In this document: positions 45,338-55,687 of the stretch, in pieces | How positions within the stretch are numbered: position 1 is the stretch's first letter | Layout of the letters: every line of letters begins with the position of its first letter | From: a virus | Taxonomy: Duplodnaviria; Caudoviricetes | DNA length: 64,000 nucleotides | Strand: one strand, 5' to 3' | Virus record (IMG/VR): IMGVR_UViG_3300035208_001807 | Location: 85,408 to 149,407 of that record | The notes under the pieces: generated by a model | Databases searched by the model: none | Told to the model about the DNA's origin: nothing | What the model saw: the letters and a program-made list of their open reading frames with translations, nothing else | Program-made: the position numbers and the translations under genes

Positions 45338-45955
45338 CTACTTCTTAATTCCCCATACCCAACCGCTTATGAGATGTGCTTTGCCATCGAAGGACTCATC
45401 GACAGCTTGTCTAACGCTTTCCCAGCGATCACAGTAGTCGTGCCCCATTATGAAGCCTCCGGGTTTTACTAGCGGAGACCACATCGCGATGTCTTTCTTT
45501 ACGTCGGCGTATTCATGGGAAGCATCAATGAATACAAGATCGAATAGCAAACCACGCTGTTTGACTAGTTCAGCTGCGGCGTTAGTGTTCATTCTTATAG
45601 CTTCTACTATATCTTGGCATCCTATTGCTGCTATGTTTTTATTGAACTCGACCATGGGCTCATCGTATGAGCCTTGCCTCCATTCTTTATGGCCGGGGAC
45701 CTCGTTCCAACTGTCGACACAATAGAGCCTGCACTCATTCTCTTTGCATATTGGCGCTATTGTGGTAGCGGAGCGTCCCATGTATACGCCAAGTTCTGCT
45801 ATAGCCCCGTTGCGTATAGTGCGAACTATTGCACGGTAGGCTCTGGCGTCCTCGGAACTAAAGTGCCCATAAACACTTGAGACCATATCCTTATTAAATT
45901 CAGCTTCTGCCAGTAATAGATCTTCCTTTGAGAACCAGCTAGCTAAGATACCCAT
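45338..45955 (-). CDS. Class I SAM methyltransferase (Methyltransf_24-like)
   Basis: ELGVYMGRS, CVDSW, FIDASHEY and GG...GHDY motifs. Confidence 0.88.
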   Translation of the reverse strand: MGILASWFSKEDLLLAEAEFNKDMVSSVYGHFSSEDARAYRAIVRTIRNGAIAELGVYMGRSATTIAPICKENECRLYCVDSWNEVPGHKEWRQGSYDEPMVEFNKNIAAIGCQDIVEAIRMNTNAAAELVKQRGLLFDLVFIDASHEYADVKKDIAMWSPLVKPGGFIMGHDYCDRWESVRQAVDESFDGKAHLISGWVWGIKK

Positions 45956-46902
45956 GGGGCCTCCTTGTGAGGTTCTCTTAGTTTCCTTATGCAAGTATTT
46001 ACCATGGTATCATAGTCAGGATGAGGCGGAAGGAGATCATCTATAAATACACATTTCTTACCAGAGAATAGTATGTTGACTTCTGATGGATCTGGCTTTG
46101 GGTTGCACTCTTGATATCTCTTTATTAGTAGCTCTCTGTCTGGATAAATGCAATTCATCTTTATTGGTAGACGCAGGGTTACTCCAGGTACTTTATATTT
46201 CTTGGGGTATCCATGCGATGATTTTGACTCGGTTTTTTCCTGGCGTTCTATATAGATCTCCTCTCCTTTCTTTTGGAGAGTGTATGTCACACCAGGGGCT
46301 ACATTGGTGGCTCTTATCCAGTCGGCGGGCTTGACATGGTAAAGGTGCCGAAGACCGAAGCCCGAGGGCCAGTCGAGAAGTTTTGTAACGGTTCCGCCTG
46401 ATAGGTCTTCGAGCACTTCCCTTACTGGTCGACCACGGTATGTCTCGGGGAGTACACTCTCTCTCGCGCACCCACCTTTAGAACCTATTTCTGGGAGAAT
46501 GACAAAGGACTCTATAGCTAGTCTAAGGACTTTGCGAACTTGGTCTTCCCATGACTCTGTTGAACCCCACATGTGATGTAGTATGTTGAGCGCGAACTGA
46601 TAATCAAATATATCGTTGTTGTTGTTGTACAAAGAATCTATGAGATCAGGCGTGATGTTCTTTTCACATATAAAGGCATTTGTAGTCTTAAGACTGTTAG
46701 CTAGTGCAAGTTCTTTGTATAGAAAGTCTTTGTCCTTCTCTACAAGCAATATAGTCGAGTCGGGGAAATCAGCAGCTAGACCGATGCCTACTAGCCCTTC
46801 TGCAGCGCCCCAGTCAATAGCTGAGAAGGTATCCTTCTTGATGAATGGCTTTATAGCCCCTCGAAGTTCTTCTATCATTGATGGTATTTGATAGTGAGAC
46901 AT
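45943..46902 (-). CDS. SAM-dependent methyltransferase-like protein
   Basis: IDWGAAEG and ALNILHH motifs. Confidence 0.7.
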   Translation of the reverse strand: MSHYQIPSMIEELRGAIKPFIKKDTFSAIDWGAAEGLVGIGLAADFPDSTILLVEKDKDFLYKELALANSLKTTNAFICEKNITPDLIDSLYNNNNDIFDYQFALNILHHMWGSTESWEDQVRKVLRLAIESFVILPEIGSKGGCARESVLPETYRGRPVREVLEDLSGGTVTKLLDWPSGFGLRHLYHVKPADWIRATNVAPGVTYTLQKKGEEIYIERQEKTESKSSHGYPKKYKVPGVTLRLPIKMNCIYPDRELLIKRYQECNPKPDPSEVNILFSGKKCVFIDDLLPPHPDYDTMVNTCIRKLREPHKEAPWVS

Positions 46903-47610
46903 TTACTTCTCCTCGTATTTGACTAGTCTTAGTTCATCATCAACCGATCCACTCCAGTGGCCATTGAAGTGGTTCTCTGCATGCCACTTAGCACTAGGGA
47001 CCCAGGAGCCGTTCTCGGCTCCAATGTTCTGGGTACGTGCTAGCTTGGGCTTGATCTCCATCCTATCTTTACGGATAATATGGTTGACTGTAGTATCCCA
47101 GGATTGCCTCTTGCCCTCGTGGTCCCATAGGGGAACCATCTCTTGCCATCTGTCCTGCCATGTCGCCCAGCCCCAGGGCGTAAACCATGGGCTACGTCCT
47201 ACATTATAGTACTCATCCGGCCTAGCATCTCCACGCTGATAGGAGCAGATATTCATTATCTGTTTATCATCCTTGTACTTCTCGCTGCCCCATTCGAAGA
47301 ACTTCAAGCAGTCTTTGGCAGGCACGATATCATCCTCTATGATAATAACATAGTCTGATAACTTGAATCCAAAGTCTAGAGCCTTGAAGATATTTCTGTT
47401 ACATCCAAGTCTTTGCGGATGCACACTTATCTCTTTGTTGACCCCTTGTACAGACATGATGGCATCGATGACATCAGGGAAACCAGGTTCAGCCTGGATA
47501 TATATCTTATAGTCTTCGATACCATAACAGTTCTTAAGGCCTTCAAGGGCTCGTTTGGTATACTCAGGGCGCCGGTAGGTTGCCATTACAATAACTTTAT
47601 TGTAGGCCAT
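46903..47610 (-). CDS. Glycosyltransferase, GT-A fold
   Basis: TYRRPEY, IEDD, PWGWATW and NIG motifs. Confidence 0.82.
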   Translation of the reverse strand: MAYNKVIVMATYRRPEYTKRALEGLKNCYGIEDYKIYIQAEPGFPDVIDAIMSVQGVNKEISVHPQRLGCNRNIFKALDFGFKLSDYVIIIEDDIVPAKDCLKFFEWGSEKYKDDKQIMNICSYQRGDARPDEYYNVGRSPWFTPWGWATWQDRWQEMVPLWDHEGKRQSWDTTVNHIIRKDRMEIKPKLARTQNIGAENGSWVPSAKWHAENHFNGHWSGSVDDELRLVKYEEK

Positions 47611-47766
47611 TAGGAGATTAACCTTACGACTGTGATTACAAATAGCACTCCAAGACTAAAGCCTATTCCTAGGACTGTCCACTCGCTACATCCGGCCAGG
47701 AAGTAGTATACCTTGTCTACGGCATTCTCTAACCACAACTTGATTTCCTTCTTCATTATAGCCCCC

Positions 47767-48747
47767 TTATTTAAGACTCAGATCTTTTCTATTCTTGATA
47801 ACAGACATTACTCTATCTAGAGATATAGAATCTATACATCTGGTTTTGAGCACGCAGGTTGATACACATGCCACTGGCCAGCAACTAGGAAGCTTGGGCC
47901 TATCGGGTTCAATGTAGGTAATATTCTTTGCTACTGGCCCCATGAGGGGGCCGCAGCTAGAGTCGCCAGGGGTGGCAGATGTGGCGCCCATTATGGCTAT
48001 AGAAGGAGTATTACAGGACTCCGCTACATAGAGAAGCCCAGAGTCTAGGCCAATAAATAGAGAGGCACGTGATAGAACTGTTCGGCATACTCCTGGAGCC
48101 ATTCCTAATACCTTAACATCAGCACTGTTTACTTGCTTGTCTTTTGGCCCGCCTACTTGTACTATCCCGACCCCATAGGTACGCCTTAGTCTTATAGCCA
48201 ACTCATTGAAGCTCTCTATGGGCCAGTCCTTGGAGTTCCAACCGGCAGTGGTATGCATGGCTACATACTTTTTGCCATCTAGCTTTGCTAATATCTCTTT
48301 GGCCTGGTGCTCTTCCTCAGCCGTATGGTACATATGTATATGCTTGTCTAATAGGGGAATAGATAGACCAATATCTGCGCGGCGTGCGTAGTAGTCGATG
48401 AAGTGATCGTTCTGAGTTTCTTTCCTGTGGTGCCAAGCAGTATCCATATTATTGGCCATGGCCATAGGACATAAGTGATCAGTAGGATTATCTTCTAGAA
48501 ATCTATACACGTCCATGTAGCATCCATCCAATGTATGTGAAGAATGTCTACCATCTTCGGGAGCCTTATAGGCAATTATCTGGTTGATTTCCTTATTGCC
48601 TTTGAGAAGTGGAGCGTACTTCTCTCCGGTGTGGAATCGAATAATGGCGTCTGGATACTTCAACCGGATAGCATGAACAATAGGAGTGACGCAGAGTACG
48701 TCCCCTATTGTCCTAAACATAACTAGATCAATAGTCTTTAGAGCCAT
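47767..48747 (-). CDS. GT9 (heptosyltransferase-like) glycosyltransferase
   Basis: IGDVL..TP, KDWP and FIGLDSG motifs. Confidence 0.88.
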   Translation of the reverse strand: MALKTIDLVMFRTIGDVLCVTPIVHAIRLKYPDAIIRFHTGEKYAPLLKGNKEINQIIAYKAPEDGRHSSHTLDGCYMDVYRFLEDNPTDHLCPMAMANNMDTAWHHRKETQNDHFIDYYARRADIGLSIPLLDKHIHMYHTAEEEHQAKEILAKLDGKKYVAMHTTAGWNSKDWPIESFNELAIRLRRTYGVGIVQVGGPKDKQVNSADVKVLGMAPGVCRTVLSRASLFIGLDSGLLYVAESCNTPSIAIMGATSATPGDSSCGPLMGPVAKNITYIEPDRPKLPSCWPVACVSTCVLKTRCIDSISLDRVMSVIKNRKDLSLK

Positions 48748-49037
48748 TGAGGATCAACTCCCACACTATTAGTTGACTCATAGTAGTCAATCTCGTACGT
48801 TAACATCCTTTTCTTTCCTTCACCAGGAGCAGGATCAGGATTGACAGGCTTGTATACTAGCACGTTCTTGATAAGCATCTTCTGCTTTTGCTTGTTCTTT
48901 CCATATGGACTTAGAACAGGCTCAACTGTAGCCGCAGTATCCTTATCTGGAAGTCCTACTGCTACATTTAGGATGACAGGTTTCTTGCCTACCAGCCAGC
49001 AGATCAGCTTATTGCGGATCTTATCTATTAGTTTCAT
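48738..49037 (-). CDS. Hypothetical protein
   Basis: 99 aa, coupled to neighbours. Confidence 0.5.
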   Translation of the reverse strand: MKLIDKIRNKLICWLVGKKPVILNVAVGLPDKDTAATVEPVLSPYGKNKQKQKMLIKNVLVYKPVNPDPAPGEGKKRMLTYEIDYYESTNSVGVDPQWL

Positions 49038-50215
49038 TGTCCCTCTCCTAGGAATTTCTTCTCTATCCTCAGCATGTTATCTATAATGCACCTGGCAGAA
49101 CGTTCCCAGGTAAACTTAGAGGCATCTAGTAGAGCCTGCCTTCCAAGTCTTTTAAGCAGATCCCCGTCTTCAACAGCTCGTAGCATCAGTTCTCCGAGAT
49201 GTTGTTCGTCGGGCTCCCACCAGCTATGACCACTCTGGAGGGGTTCTCTGAGTAACCAGCGTACATCATCAATCTTCTTCTTAGTAGATCTTATTAGGAG
49301 AGAGTTCTTTTCATTACAGAAGTCCATATGAGCAGTTGCGTTGGTGACAATGACAGGCACTCCACTAGCCATAGATTGTAGGACTGGAAGATTCCAACCC
49401 TCACCCTTGGTAGGGATGACATAGCAGTCGGCGGCCCTATAGAGGCGAGCCATCTCTTCTTTGCTATAGTCATTAGCCATCAGCCACACTCTAGCATTTG
49501 AATTACATTGTTCCTTGATATACTTAATCCTTTTTTCGTGTCGCTCCACAAGTTCTTTCTGACCCTGCGCATGGTAGTATTTTGGTACGTATGTCTTAAG
49601 CAGTAGGACAACATCACTTCTGTTGTTGAAGTTCTTACAGAACGAACGTAGTAGGATGTCATATCCTTTGGATTCTTTTAAGTCCATTACACTTAGGAAT
49701 ACAAACTGTGGTCGTTTCTTTAGATGCATTGGTTCTACATCAGGGTTATAAGTCTTTAGATTTACACCCAGGGGGACAGTATATAACTTCTCTCTTGGGA
49801 TACCTCCGTTGCTAAAGGTGTCCACGTTGAATGTAGAAGGAACCCATACTTCATCTACGGGGCCCTGTTTTACGATCTCGGTCCATAGCCACGGGATACT
49901 ATCTGTCTCAAACATCGTAAAGATTATATTAGCTAATGCCGTCTCGCAGACATGTGTGTAATGTGGTGGCTGCCTCATTAAGACATTAATACAGTCCATG
50001 CTGTCAAGACTTGTTCTAGATGCTTCAGATAAGATCGCGCCCATCTCTTGATCGACCGAGCTAGGATTGAATGGTGGATCAGTAGGAATGTTGATAGGAT
50101 CAATCTGCACTGGGACTCCAGCTTTATATAAGGCGCTTACGACTTCTCTTGAGGCCTGACTTAGCCCAGAGCTATCTGTAAAGCATCCCTTGATTCGTAT
50201 CCCCACGTTAGTCAT
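49034..50215 (-). CDS. GT4 glycosyltransferase
   Basis: WVPS.FN, KG.DILL and EGWNLP..SMASGVPVI motifs. Confidence 0.9.
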   Translation of the reverse strand: MTNVGIRIKGCFTDSSGLSQASREVVSALYKAGVPVQIDPINIPTDPPFNPSSVDQEMGAILSEASRTSLDSMDCINVLMRQPPHYTHVCETALANIIFTMFETDSIPWLWTEIVKQGPVDEVWVPSTFNVDTFSNGGIPREKLYTVPLGVNLKTYNPDVEPMHLKKRPQFVFLSVMDLKESKGYDILLRSFCKNFNNRSDVVLLLKTYVPKYYHAQGQKELVERHEKRIKYIKEQCNSNARVWLMANDYSKEEMARLYRAADCYVIPTKGEGWNLPVLQSMASGVPVIVTNATAHMDFCNEKNSLLIRSTKKKIDDVRWLLREPLQSGHSWWEPDEQHLGELMLRAVEDGDLLKRLGRQALLDASKFTWERSARCIIDNMLRIEKKFLGEGQ

Positions 50216-50217
50216 CC

Positions 50218-51474
50218 TTATATCTCCCTGTATTCGACAGCATCTTTCGCCTTCTGACTCTCTATATACATGTGGTCTATTAGCTTCTCCCATTGGGGAA
50301 TCATATTAGTCCAGTCAAACTTGACAGCTGCTCTCCTGGCATTGGCGCCATGCTTTCGCACCCACGCAGGATCCTCGGCGCACTTATTCATGAGCTGAAC
50401 TAAGTGCCTACAGCTTATCATAGCCCTTCTAATATGGCTACCATTCTCGACAAAGAAGTTGGCTATGCCTATTAGCTCACCGGCATTGTTATTCTTAACT
50501 AGCTCGGGAGCTGTTGAATACCCAGTGATTAAGTTAGGCAGGCCACAGGCCATGGACTCTACTGTAGGGATCCCAAAGCCTTCACCGGTAGCAGTATTGA
50601 CATGCACATCCATGGTGGCATAGATCTTCCGGAGGTTCTCTCTGGAGATGCTGTTCTTTGGAGTAACCCCCGTATTGGTAATATGAACAAGGTCGGGGTT
50701 CACCCTGAACTCAGCTAAGAGCTGCTTAATGTTCCAGCCGCTATCTACGTTGGACATATGCAATAGGAGCCTTGACTTAGGGTGTGTCTTGTAGTGCTCC
50801 ATGTAGGATTCAATAAATGCGGGTATATTCTTTCTTGGCTGGTTACGGGCGACCATACCAAAGACGAATACATCTGGGTCTCCAAAGAGTTGCTTCTTGA
50901 ATTCTTTACGGTCGCTGACAGGAATGTCAGCAGACCAGAAGGGGAAGTCAATACCATGGTAGATCATGGGTGGGTCTACCTTGATATATTCTGCAGTTGC
51001 CTTCTGGCCAAAGATACTATAGGCAATGGGAGTATCAAAGTTCCTAATTGCGTCTATGAATACTGGCGGGATGGGGATGCCATCAATTGGATAGTAGCCG
51101 GCAAGGTGGAAGTTCTTCCTGGCTGGATGTTTACATATCCACTGGAAGAAGTATATATCTGCGAAGCAGACTACAATGTCGGGCTTGAAGTATTCTTCAA
51201 GCTCTGTGAAGTTCTTCTTTCCGTGGCGGTCTTCATGGCTATCCGCCTTCTCATCACAGCCCGTACCGACAAGGCGGTAGGGGACTAGTGCTGACCCCAC
51301 TGACTGGTAGGGATACTTGGGGTTGTCCTTAATTAGTGGCTCCTGCCATCCTTGACAAAGGATGTCATACTTATCTAGAGCATAGAGTCTTTCTAGAATC
51401 TCTCGGGTAATAATCCCGTATCCAGTTCGTACGTTAGGGGATTGCGACATCCATAGTATCTTAGGCTTTGCCAT
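50218..51474 (-). CDS. GT4 glycosyltransferase
   Basis: TGYG, RNQPRKN and EGFGIP.VESMACG motifs. Confidence 0.9.
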   Translation of the reverse strand: MAKPKILWMSQSPNVRTGYGIITREILERLYALDKYDILCQGWQEPLIKDNPKYPYQSVGSALVPYRLVGTGCDEKADSHEDRHGKKNFTELEEYFKPDIVVCFADIYFFQWICKHPARKNFHLAGYYPIDGIPIPPVFIDAIRNFDTPIAYSIFGQKATAEYIKVDPPMIYHGIDFPFWSADIPVSDRKEFKKQLFGDPDVFVFGMVARNQPRKNIPAFIESYMEHYKTHPKSRLLLHMSNVDSGWNIKQLLAEFRVNPDLVHITNTGVTPKNSISRENLRKIYATMDVHVNTATGEGFGIPTVESMACGLPNLITGYSTAPELVKNNNAGELIGIANFFVENGSHIRRAMISCRHLVQLMNKCAEDPAWVRKHGANARRAAVKFDWTNMIPQWEKLIDHMYIESQKAKDAVEYREI

Positions 51475-51611
51475 TTTCTTTTGGACTCTCTTCTGGTTTC
51501 TTATCCGGAACCTTTGATACGATCTTATCGGCTAGGCCTTTTTTATTGGCCTGCCATACGTTGCCCTGATCATCAACAATAAACTTGACCTTACCATCTT
51601 TGGTTCGTCCT

Positions 51612-52376
51612 CTAACTGCCATGTTGAACTCCCCTGGGATTAAGATTGCAGCGGCTCATATATCTACAGTGAGTACATAGCCAGCTATAACGCTTATACC
51701 TTTGCTTGTTCTTAATGGCTGCCGCTACCGTCTCAGCTGTGGCTAGAGCTTCTTCAACCTGCAGTGGACTGCGATCTACTTTAAGGAGCTTATCTTTTGG
51801 TTGTCCATCGAGTACGTAGTAATAAAGGTCTCCGGTATCACCAATAATATGTTTCCATAGAGTGAGCTCAATCTCATTACCGCCCTGCAGGCCTTGTACA
51901 GCTGAGCTGTAATGGGTTAGCTTAATGAAGGAGGGGCGCCCATTTAGCTTGGCATGAATATCGAACTTGCCGCTAATACTCTCTCCTAGCGATAGAGGGA
52001 TACTATACTGACTCTGAGTAGCTACAAGCTTAAAGTCTATGCTAGAGAAGTAGTGGACCATCTCTTCTAGGTTTCTCTTTGCTGTTGATACAGCTGATTC
52101 CTTTTCTCTAGTAGAAGGAGCTACAACTATACCGCTACTAGTCATAGCCATTGGTTCCATCCAGACTTCCTGCCAACGGTTAGAGATCCATCCCTCTCCT
52201 GGAGATACGCCATCTCTGGCCCATACGGCAAAGTACTGCTCGGCCACAGCAAGACTACATGTTCTTGTCATGCGGCTTAGAGTAGTACTAAGCTCAGGAG
52301 TATTATCTATCCAGCGGAGAGAGTAGTACTCTGGGCAACGGATGAAGTCTTTGATCTCTGATACTATGAGACTCAT
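51612..52376 (-). CDS. Cas4/AddB-like PD-(D/E)XK protein, catalytic motif degenerate
   Basis: N-terminal CP, GKFD and C-terminal CxxCxY..C. Confidence 0.6.
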   Translation of the reverse strand: MSLIVSEIKDFIRCPEYYSLRWIDNTPELSTTLSRMTRTCSLAVAEQYFAVWARDGVSPGEGWISNRWQEVWMEPMAMTSSGIVVAPSTREKESAVSTAKRNLEEMVHYFSSIDFKLVATQSQYSIPLSLGESISGKFDIHAKLNGRPSFIKLTHYSSAVQGLQGGNEIELTLWKHIIGDTGDLYYYVLDGQPKDKLLKVDRSPLQVEEALATAETVAAAIKNKQRYKRYSWLCTHCRYMSRCNLNPRGVQHGS

Positions 52377-52756
52377 TTGATTATACCTAGTCTCTTAATG
52401 TATTCTAAGTCGTCTGGAAGGGGTGCGATAATACGTGCAGCTAGCATAGATATACGAAGGCTTAGTTTCTTGATACAGTCCCCAATGTGGCGAGATGCGG
52501 TAAGGCCATACTTCTGGCCAGCTTCAACCAGCATCTGCCATAAGGTATCGTCATCAACTTGCTTAAGACCTACAATAAAATGCCCGAGCGCCTCAGTCTT
52601 GAAAGCCTCTTCGATATAGGTTTTCCCAGACTCAAGCCCAATGAAGACAACGAACTCATCACCGCGGGCACGCATTTTACCCACAGCCATGAAGCGAGCG
52701 TCAGTCTCAAATAGAGAAGGTTCTCGGGTGAGCAGTTCGACTTTTAGTAATGACAT
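52373..52756 (-). CDS. Hypothetical protein
   Basis: 127 aa ORF. Confidence 0.6.
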   Translation of the reverse strand: MSLLKVELLTREPSLFETDARFMAVGKMRARGDEFVVFIGLESGKTYIEEAFKTEALGHFIVGLKQVDDDTLWQMLVEAGQKYGLTASRHIGDCIKKLSLRISMLAARIIAPLPDDLEYIKRLGIIK

Positions 52757-52869
52757 TACCAGTCCTTATTACGTATTTCTACGCGAGGATTGATAGAAGG
52801 CCAACTGTGGCTAGTTAAGACGCTTTATTTGAACTGGCTGCCAGCCAGTACCACGGACCCTGAAATGGG

Positions 52870-53097
52870 TTAGGCGTCGGCTTTTACAACTGGAGTCACA
52901 CTAATTGCCTGTGGACCACCTTTGCCATCACCGATCTCATAGGAGACTTCTTGTCCCTCTGTGAGAGTTCGGTAACCCTGCATTGTAATGTTGCTGTGAT
53001 GGATGAAAATATCCTTGCCACCACCATCCGGAATAAGAAATCCAAATCCCTTAGATGCGTTGAACCACTTTACCTTACCTTTAAGAACATTACTCAT
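52870..53097 (-). CDS. csp: Cold-shock protein
   Basis: GKVKWFNASKGFGF and DIFIHHS (RNP1/RNP2). Confidence 0.95.
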   Translation of the reverse strand: MSNVLKGKVKWFNASKGFGFLIPDGGGKDIFIHHSNITMQGYRTLTEGQEVSYEIGDGKGGPQAISVTPVVKADA

Positions 53098-53125
53098 TGC
53101 GATGTACCTGACCTTTGTTTGATAT

Positions 53126-55561
53126 TTAACTACGCCCTCCCAGGCCAGAGAACTTCTTTTGTTCTCGTGCGTGCTTACGTTCGAGGGCTTCCATTTTAGG
53201 GCACTGTTTGAACTTACCCCACTCGGGGTAGAAGTAATAAAACAGTGTGTCTTGGAAGGCGGTTTGCTTATTCTTCCCCACCTTCACTTCGACTATAGGA
53301 GCCGGGCGTTCCGTTGGATCGCCAGTTCCGTCCCTATACATCATAACAAGGCCATCTCCTGTTTTCCCTCCCTTATCCTTCCATTCGTTATAGACATGGA
53401 GGATAGCGGAAAGGTCATATTCCATCTGTACGGACTCCGAAAGGTCTGAGTTTTCAGGCCTCTGGCCAGCAGGGAGCTTTGTATACTCCATGGTGGCTAT
53501 GACAGAAACCCTGTATTTCTCAGCTAGGAGCTTGATCTGGCCAGACATCTTCTTGTACCTGATCCTCTCCTCGTTCTCTAGGAAGTCCTGAGACTTATGG
53601 AAGTTGTCGAAGATGACCAACATCCTACGGTCAGGATATCTTTCTTTATAGTATTTGATCATTGTTTCAGTGTAGGCAAGGGTTGTCCCGTGGGTAGAAT
53701 CCTTCACCACAAGCCTTCCCTCATCCAGGAATCGATTGATGTTAACCGCTCCGGTTTTGATCTTCTCGATCGTAGCCTCACCTGCTGCTCGTGCTTGCCG
53801 GCGGTTAGTTACTTTGTTGATGTCTACTTCCTGATCGATCGCCACTAGGCGAGAGAAGATAACATCTCGCGGATCGTCAGTGGAGTGCATGAGGACAATG
53901 GCATCCTCATTGTTCTTAGCTACGAGGTAGCCGATAGTTGTAACCAGAGAGGACTTGCCGTGGTTAGGTTTGCCGCCCACACCTACGACCCTACTCTCCT
54001 GTAGCCCATTGAGAGCCTGGTCTAATTCAAGGAAGCCTGTAGAGAGACCGACAATTGAACTCTCACGATCTGCCCATTCCTTGTAGGCATCTTTGAAAGC
54101 GGTCTTGGTTTCGTCTATGCCAACGTTGTCGATCTTGGCAGCTTCTTGGAATTGTTCGATCATGGAAGTATACTGAGTCATGATCTCTCTGGCACTAGTA
54201 GGACTACGCTGTAATTCTTTTACAGCAGAGCGGACCATGGATTTAATACGTTCGGAGTTTCTAAACTCTTCCATACGAGCTAGCTGGTCAATCCTACTTA
54301 GGATTGCGCCCAGACGAACTCCTGTTTGGTCTGCCAGATCTTTAGCCATGCGCTCTCTCATAAGAACGTTGGGCTCGGTCATAATAAGAGGAACCATAGT
54401 GTCGGCAAGTTCTTCAGGGTTCTTATCGCCTTGCTTGATAAGGTCTATTAGGCGCCACTTGAAGCAAGAGATTACAGTGACACCCTTCCAAGAGGCAATG
54501 CTTTCCTCGGGAGGAATACTCTTAAGGTAGTCATCAGGGTCCATGCCATCCGGAAGGATCATAATATCTACTGGCATAGGAGCATTCGCGATCACAGAAT
54601 CTAGCATCCTGCGCACAGATTCGTTCCCGCCATTATCGTTGTCTAGGCAGAGACTCATCTTAGTTATCTTGAGATTGTTAATGAGGTTGATATGCTCTAC
54701 TGTTAGCGCTGTGCCGCCAATAGCAGCGCAGTTATGAATGCCACGTTCTTGCATTGTGACCCAGTCGGCATAGCCCTCTACGATAATAAGACCACGGTCC
54801 TTACTTACGTGACGGCTACTATGGAGGCCATATAGGACTTCACGCTTGCGATAGATCGGACAGGAGTCTGCCGTGTTAATATACTTTACCCCAGCTGCAG
54901 GATTATCCTTATCAAACAGAAGGTTACGCGCGGCGAAACCTACAGGCATCCCATGGTGATCGTGGATAGTAAAGATCATGTTGTTTGGATTGAAGAGATT
55001 CTTCCTGGCTAGGTCTATCTTCTCTAGATATGGAAGACTATATCCTTTGGCTTGCATGGCATCCATATACTCTTGATAGCTATCGATAATTCCAATGCCA
55101 TATTTAACACCTACTCCGTCGTCCCATCCTCTCTCTTGAAACTGAGGACAGACCTTATCCATAGTAGAGTATCTAATGAATAGGGCGGCATCTTCATAGG
55201 CGCGCTGTACTTCCATTAGCTCTTGCTGCTCAGGAGTCAGTTCGATATCTGGAGGCTCGATCTCGAACCGCTTGCAGAGAGACTTAAGAGTTGTATTAAG
55301 GAAGCCGGGCCCAGAGGCAGGAAGGCCTTCTAGATAAGAGGCCGCATGGATGATGGTCCCACTGTGTCCACAGCCGTGGCAATGCCAGATAGTATCATGT
55401 GTGTTAGGTACTATATTGGCCGAGGGGGTGGAGTCTTCATGTTGAGGATTGATGCACTGGAACTTGCCGTCGCCCGCGAACTTTACGTTGTGGGCCTTTA
55501 AGTAAGGGATCAGGCGCTCTTTTAGATCGTCCATGACAGCTTCGAAGTTGCTGTTTATCAT
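53126..55561 (-). CDS. DnaG-type primase fused to a DnaB-type helicase
   Basis: Zn finger C..H.D..PS..CHGC; TOPRIM VEGYAD, LDND, DPDD; helicase GKPNHGKS and FDNFH. Confidence 0.92.
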   Translation of the reverse strand: MINSNFEAVMDDLKERLIPYLKAHNVKFAGDGKFQCINPQHEDSTPSANIVPNTHDTIWHCHGCGHSGTIIHAASYLEGLPASGPGFLNTTLKSLCKRFEIEPPDIELTPEQQELMEVQRAYEDAALFIRYSTMDKVCPQFQERGWDDGVGVKYGIGIIDSYQEYMDAMQAKGYSLPYLEKIDLARKNLFNPNNMIFTIHDHHGMPVGFAARNLLFDKDNPAAGVKYINTADSCPIYRKREVLYGLHSSRHVSKDRGLIIVEGYADWVTMQERGIHNCAAIGGTALTVEHINLINNLKITKMSLCLDNDNGGNESVRRMLDSVIANAPMPVDIMILPDGMDPDDYLKSIPPEESIASWKGVTVISCFKWRLIDLIKQGDKNPEELADTMVPLIMTEPNVLMRERMAKDLADQTGVRLGAILSRIDQLARMEEFRNSERIKSMVRSAVKELQRSPTSAREIMTQYTSMIEQFQEAAKIDNVGIDETKTAFKDAYKEWADRESSIVGLSTGFLELDQALNGLQESRVVGVGGKPNHGKSSLVTTIGYLVAKNNEDAIVLMHSTDDPRDVIFSRLVAIDQEVDINKVTNRRQARAAGEATIEKIKTGAVNINRFLDEGRLVVKDSTHGTTLAYTETMIKYYKERYPDRRMLVIFDNFHKSQDFLENEERIRYKKMSGQIKLLAEKYRVSVIATMEYTKLPAGQRPENSDLSESVQMEYDLSAILHVYNEWKDKGGKTGDGLVMMYRDGTGDPTERPAPIVEVKVGKNKQTAFQDTLFYYFYPEWGKFKQCPKMEALERKHAREQKKFSGLGGRS

Positions 55562-55596
55562 TTATTACTCCATGGGTTATTACGGACCTACCCGTG

Positions 55597-55661
55597 TAAT
55601 CTATACCTCCACAGGTATAATGTCAAGTCCTACTTGACTTTTATACCCGAAAGGGTATTAT
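55597..55661. promoter_or_regulatory. Symmetric divergent promoter pair with palindromic operator-like sites
   Basis: Back-to-back TTGACA (-) and TTGACT (+). Each spacer carries TATACC-N6-GGTAT. Confidence 0.65.
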
Positions 55662-55687
55662 ATAACCATCTCGATATAGGAGAACCG

